Below are positions 61,775 to 64,000 of a stretch of DNA of 64,000 bases, one piece after another; the first letter of the stretch is position 1; each line of letters opens with the position of its first letter. The translations under genes and the position numbers were made by a program. The notes under the pieces are model-generated. The model made no database searches. It worked only from the letters and a program-made list of their open reading frames with translations, and had not been told where the DNA came from. The DNA lies in the IMG/VR virus record IMGVR_UViG_3300026549_000029, positions 96,001 through 160,000 of that record, one strand, 5' to 3'. The stretch is from a virus. Taxonomy: Duplodnaviria; Caudoviricetes.

Positions 61775-62227
61775 ATGCTTTATTATATTAATAATGAAAA
61801 ACCTATTTATAGTGAAGAAATATTGATTGAACAGCCTGTATACAGTGAAAAAGTAGGAAAGAAGAAAGCATATTGTATATTTTCTGATCCTCAAATTGGT
61901 AGAAATTTTGAATATGATCCATATATTAAAATTTATAATAATATAAATCAATCAAAAGCTACAGAAGTTGCAAGAATATCCATGAGAACAGGAGCACCTT
62001 TACCTACAGATCATAGAAATACAAATAAAGATGCTGGTAAAAAGAGACTTAGATTTACAAAAGAAGTAGCAGAATTTTTAACAAAAGCTATGAATCAATT
62101 TCCAAATGAATATGATTATCCAGATGATATCAAAACTGTATATGATGGTATTTATTATGATATTATGAGAGTATGCGGATCTTGTATTAAATATCCTATT
62201 CCTAATTTTATGGAGAATATCGAATAA
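61775..62227 (+). CDS. Hypothetical protein
   Basis: RBS AAGGAG, early promoter. Confidence 0.7.
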   Translation: MLYYINNEKPIYSEEILIEQPVYSEKVGKKKAYCIFSDPQIGRNFEYDPYIKIYNNINQSKATEVARISMRTGAPLPTDHRNTNKDAGKKRLRFTKEVAEFLTKAMNQFPNEYDYPDDIKTVYDGIYYDIMRVCGSCIKYPIPNFMENIE

Positions 62228-62622
62228 TGACAGATTTTTATGAATGGACTAACATGCTTTATAGTAATCTTGGATTTGAAGAATATAATGATGATAAGAC
62301 ATTTATTATATTTTCTTGTGTATCTATGTATAAGAATACATATGCTTTTGGACTTAATTTACCAGATAAAGATAAATGTTTTTATATATCTATGATATCA
62401 CCAGAAATTCTTACATCATATAAAGATCAAAATATAGATAAAGAAGATATAGATAGATTAGTTAATAAGCTAAATACAACAGATATATGGAAAACTATAA
62501 TTTCATATATGCATAAATGTATTAAAAATGAAAGCTTTACAAAAGATGATGCTAGTATAGAATTTGAAAAAATTCCATCCACTCCACCAGATTATAGAAA
62601 GATATTGGAGGATGTATCATGA
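62227..62622 (+). CDS. Hypothetical protein
   Basis: Translationally coupled (TAATG). Confidence 0.65.
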   Translation: MTDFYEWTNMLYSNLGFEEYNDDKTFIIFSCVSMYKNTYAFGLNLPDKDKCFYISMISPEILTSYKDQNIDKEDIDRLVNKLNTTDIWKTIISYMHKCIKNESFTKDDASIEFEKIPSTPPDYRKILEDVS

Positions 62623-63323
62623 ATTATATTGATATTGATCAAGTAGCAGATCAAGTTAAGCATTTATTATGGTCTTTTAATTCTATTAAAATTTCAGCAA
62701 ATCAAATAAAGATTTTTATGTTATATTTATTAAGAACTTTAACTGGTTCTTTTATGTGTAAAATGAATGGATATGTACCAATTGAAAATGAGGATTGTGA
62801 ATGGGGTCTTAATGGAAATACATTTAATGGTAAAATTATATTAAATAGATCACTACCAGGTTTTGCAATAAGAATAAGTTTTTATTCAATGACATTAGAT
62901 TATGAAATATGTAATATAAGAATAAAACAATTAATAGATAAAATTTTATTTAAGATTAAAGATAATCATAATATAATTTATAATACTGATCAATATCTTT
63001 GCCCTATTTCTGATGAGGATTATGAGTTATATGCAATTATTATGCTTACTATTTTTCAATATTTATCTACAAAGATAATTAATAAAAAAGAAAATGTTTA
63101 TTTAATAGATTTTTGTAGAGATGATTATATTAAAAGTATTATTCCTAATAAAAGAAGAACTTGTTTTATAGTATCTTATGATGGAATTATGATTTCTGAG
63201 AATAATAGTATATATAGTATCATAATCGAAAAAATAAAAAGAAAAGAAATAGATGATTATGTAAATACTAATACCATAGATATATCTAATTCAGAAGTAG
63301 ATACTATATTAGAGCTTTTATAG
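62619..63323 (+). CDS. Hypothetical protein
   Basis: RBS GGAGG, ATGA overlap. Confidence 0.65.
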   Translation: MNYIDIDQVADQVKHLLWSFNSIKISANQIKIFMLYLLRTLTGSFMCKMNGYVPIENEDCEWGLNGNTFNGKIILNRSLPGFAIRISFYSMTLDYEICNIRIKQLIDKILFKIKDNHNIIYNTDQYLCPISDEDYELYAIIMLTIFQYLSTKIINKKENVYLIDFCRDDYIKSIIPNKRRTCFIVSYDGIMISENNSIYSIIIEKIKRKEIDDYVNTNTIDISNSEVDTILELL

Positions 63324-63426
63324 GATATAATAAAAAAGAAAAGGTAACTACCTTTTCTTTTTTTTGCTATTTCATTACTCAAAAAACATCACTATAATTT
63401 AATCCATATTAAGGAGATTATGTATT

Positions 63427-64000
63427 ATGCCTGATAATGCAAATCAGAGAAAAATAAATAAATCTCTTGATTTACTTAGACAGAGAGTAAATGATTTATA
63501 TAATAATACTTATTATACTAATGATAATTCTGAAGAATTTAAAACTCAGGTTACAGATAAATTAGATGATGCTATTAGAAAATCTACTCAACAGGATGAA
63601 GAGTTTAAGAATATATCTAATACATCTAGATTATTCCGTAAATTATTAAAGAATACATCCTCTTCTAATTCTGCTCAAGCTAAATTAGATAAAGCATTTG
63701 GTCGTGGTGGAGAAGATGATATCTCTTCTCTTTTCCAATCTACTGATATGGTAGCTTCTATGATGGAAGCTTATTCCAAAACTAAATGGATCTCTGAACT
63801 TGATAATGAATTTGATCTTATTTGTAAATATATGACAAAACTTCAAGCTGCATTGGATATCAAAAGAGATGCAGTCCTCTGTTCAGATTCTTATACTAAA
63901 GAATTCTTGGAGATTCATGCTAAAGGAGAAAATCCTCAGTCTGATAAAAATGCCGCTATTCAAAATAATATAGATGAAATGGTTAAAAAATATGACCTTT
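63427..64000 (+). CDS. 3'-truncated probable portal protein (AR9/phiKZ-like)
   Basis: Open frame MPDNANQRK... to the window end (absent from the ORF track); EFDLICKYM..L..AL..K.DAVL.SD resembles jumbo-phage portal N-termini; late promoter at 63385. Confidence 0.55.
   Translation, partial: MPDNANQRKINKSLDLLRQRVNDLYNNTYYTNDNSEEFKTQVTDKLDDAIRKSTQQDEEFKNISNTSRLFRKLLKNTSSSNSAQAKLDKAFGRGGEDDISSLFQSTDMVASMMEAYSKTKWISELDNEFDLICKYMTKLQAALDIKRDAVLCSDSYTKEFLEIHAKGENPQSDKNAAIQNNIDEMVKKYDL

Noticed and set aside
1-64000. CRISPR array, tRNA or rRNA genes
   Set aside because: No regularly spaced direct repeats and no cloverleaf with GTTCRA/CCA seen by eye; a tRNAscan run would be needed to be certain
1-64000. 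Alternative genetic code (TAG/TGA recoding)
   Set aside because: Core genes are full length in the standard code, and TAA, TGA and TAG all end genes sensibly

Overview
Very AT-rich, almost entirely plus-strand 64-kb segment of a jumbo phage genome of the phiKZ/AR9(PBS1)-like group, standard genetic code. The host is probably a Clostridia-type Firmicute (inferred from strong AGGAG RBSs and clostridial-endolysin-like domains). It encodes three split multisubunit RNA polymerase subunits (beta-prime C, beta C, beta N; probably the non-virion enzyme), an SF2 helicase, NAD-dependent DNA ligase, SbcC-like ATPase, ThyA plus DHFR, a PARG-like macrodomain, virion proteins, a probable portal gene (partial) and many ORFans. 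The family B DNA polymerase is split into two genes about 32 kb apart, and both are interrupted by ORF-less group I introns at catalytic motifs. Two tandem introns flank a 10-nt micro-exon supplying the IYG of motif B, and a third intron splits motif A (DFD|YSSLYPS). Other notable signals: mosaic sequence sharing between the introns; two related free-standing HNH endonucleases plus a remnant of a third; synonymously recoded patches in neighbouring core genes; a short [EDNP]-[AVG]-[IVL]-x-F motif repeated in the tails of many DNA-acting proteins; three unannotated highly structured RNA candidates; and a palindrome-rich origin-like intergenic region. All calls are from visual motif recognition; no searches were run.
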